Positions 32,789-34,267 of a stretch of 34,267 bases of DNA are shown in pieces. The position numbers and the translations under genes were made by a program. The stretch's first letter is position 1. Every line of letters begins with the position of its first letter. The notes beneath the pieces were generated by a model. It did not search any database. It saw nothing but the letters and a program-made list of their open reading frames with translations, and had not been told where the DNA came from. The DNA comes from Guillardia theta CCMP2712 (Eukaryota > Protista > Cryptophyta), in the NCBI RefSeq assembly GCF_000315625.1, contig NW_005434575.1, positions 1 to 34,267 of the forward strand. Reading direction: 5' to 3'.

Positions 32789-34267
32789 TCACTTGTCTTG
32801 GTCGTCAGCATCATCTTCTTCTCTCTCATCCTCGTGGTACTCAGTCAGCAGACGCGAGTCTGGCAGTCTGATCAGCTTCACGCGCGAGTCTTTCTGTCAC
32901 CTTTACCGGCGTTTCCTAGAGGTTCAACTCGTGACAGACCGGAAGGATCGTCGAGAATCAAAGAGACTTGAAGCTTCTTCATCTGCCACAAGTGAGTCGG
33001 TCTGTGAGATTCTCTCTCTCTCCCTATCAAATGCAGCGTCTTCCCACCTCTCTCCTGTTTTTGTTGTTCCCTTACTAGTCAAATTTGTTTTCCCTCCCCT
33101 CCCCTCCCCTTCCTCCCTCCTATTCCATGGCTTTATCCTCCTATCTGGTCTAGTCTGTGCCTCATTCTCCTCTTCCCCTCATCTCACCAGTGTTTCATCC
33201 ATCTTGTCTACGAAGTTCACAAGTTTCTTCGCAAACTCGTTCTGTCCTGCGCTGTCTCCTCCCGTGAACAATGCCGTCCTCTTCAGCGCTTCCAGAATCT
33301 GACAAACTTTCAACCCTCCGTCCCCTCGTTACTCCCGCTCGCCTTCTCCTCGTTTACTTCTCTTACTTTGAAACTCCTTCCAACTCCCTCCCGCCCTCAC
33401 CTCTTCTGCTTCCAATGCCTCTCACTGCCTGCAAGCTTCTTCATTGCTACTTTGATCCTCTTGCCTTCTCCCGCAGTTCCTCACCCGTCACTCTCCTGTA
33501 TTCACCGACACGCACTCAACCTCTCGCCTCCTCTCCTCTCCTCTCCTCTCCTCTCGCCTCCTCTCGCCTCCTCTCGCCTCCTCTCCTCTCCTCTCCTCTG
33601 ACACATGAACCCCCTTCCTCCTCCCCTCCCCTCCCCTCCCCTCCTCCCCCCTCCCCTGCTCTCCCCTGCTCTCCCCTGCTCTGCTCTGCTCTCCTCTTCA
33701 CTTCCTCTATCTCGTCCACAACCTGCCCAAAGAGCCCTTCGATAGTTGTGAAACTTGATCCCATGCTCCCCTGCTGCAACTCGAGCTCCAGCTCAGGGAT
33801 CTGTAACTTGGTCAAAGAAGAAGGAAACGAGGGGAGAGGAGGAAGGGAGGGGAAGTGGAGAGTAGGAGAGGATGGGAGAAGGGGAATAAGGGAGGAAAGG
33901 AGGAAGGGGGTTCATGTTTCATCGGCTCGCTGCTCGCACCTTTAGCGACGCTTCTGAAGTTTTCAGCACCATCCTGTCCCAGTCGAGCGGGCAGGAGACG
34001 TTCAGTACGATTCGCACTCGTTTATCCCCTGTCTCCCCTGACTTGACCTGTTCGCCCGTCAGACAAGCCAGACTCTCGGTGCCCTCACGTCTGTGCTGCG
34101 ATACCCACAGTTGTCGCAAACGAAGGACATGATGATGATCTGCAGCTCTTCTTTGAGATCAAGAAGCCTGGAGAATGTGGTGGAGGTTGAAAAGAAGATG
34201 GCATATGATGATGATGATCAGGAGGAGGAGGAGGAGGAGGAGGAGGATGAGGAGGAGGAGGAGGAGT
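32789..34267 (-). CDS. ZPR1: ZPR1 zinc-finger protein, 3' part; continues beyond window
   Basis: IIMSFVCDNCGYR, DWDRMVLKTSEA, IPELELEL..GSMGSSFTTIEGL, SLILDDPSG; stop at 32789-32791. Confidence 0.8.

Overview
Eukaryotic nuclear DNA, GC-rich, with many short GT-AG introns, abundant microsatellites and four N gaps (6032-6131, 12471-12579, 15083-15537, 17405-17504). A BolA with a signal peptide plus an AAF-AP motif points to an alga with a red-derived complex plastid, probably a cryptophyte (inference). Host genes: an 8-TM rhodopsin-histidine kinase-receiver hybrid (+), a non-RD protein kinase (-), FtsH/YME1 i-AAA protease (-), plastid BolA (+), an ankyrin protein (-), a GT41 O-GlcNAc/O-fucose transferase (-), a long coiled-coil protein (+) and ZPR1 (-, running off the end). 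The centre (about 11.4-21.0 kb) is a mosaic of one CRE/SLACS-like non-LTR retroelement family. It holds two long copies in opposite orientation, both with YADN in place of YADD, about ten 5'-truncated 3' ends, and several 12-41 bp micro-insertions and fold-backs of a constant, non-poly(A) 32-nt terminus. All of these sit in or against the element itself. To its left is a 325/410-bp direct repeat that begins with a hairpin-CTAG motif. Exon boundaries were read by eye and are approximate.
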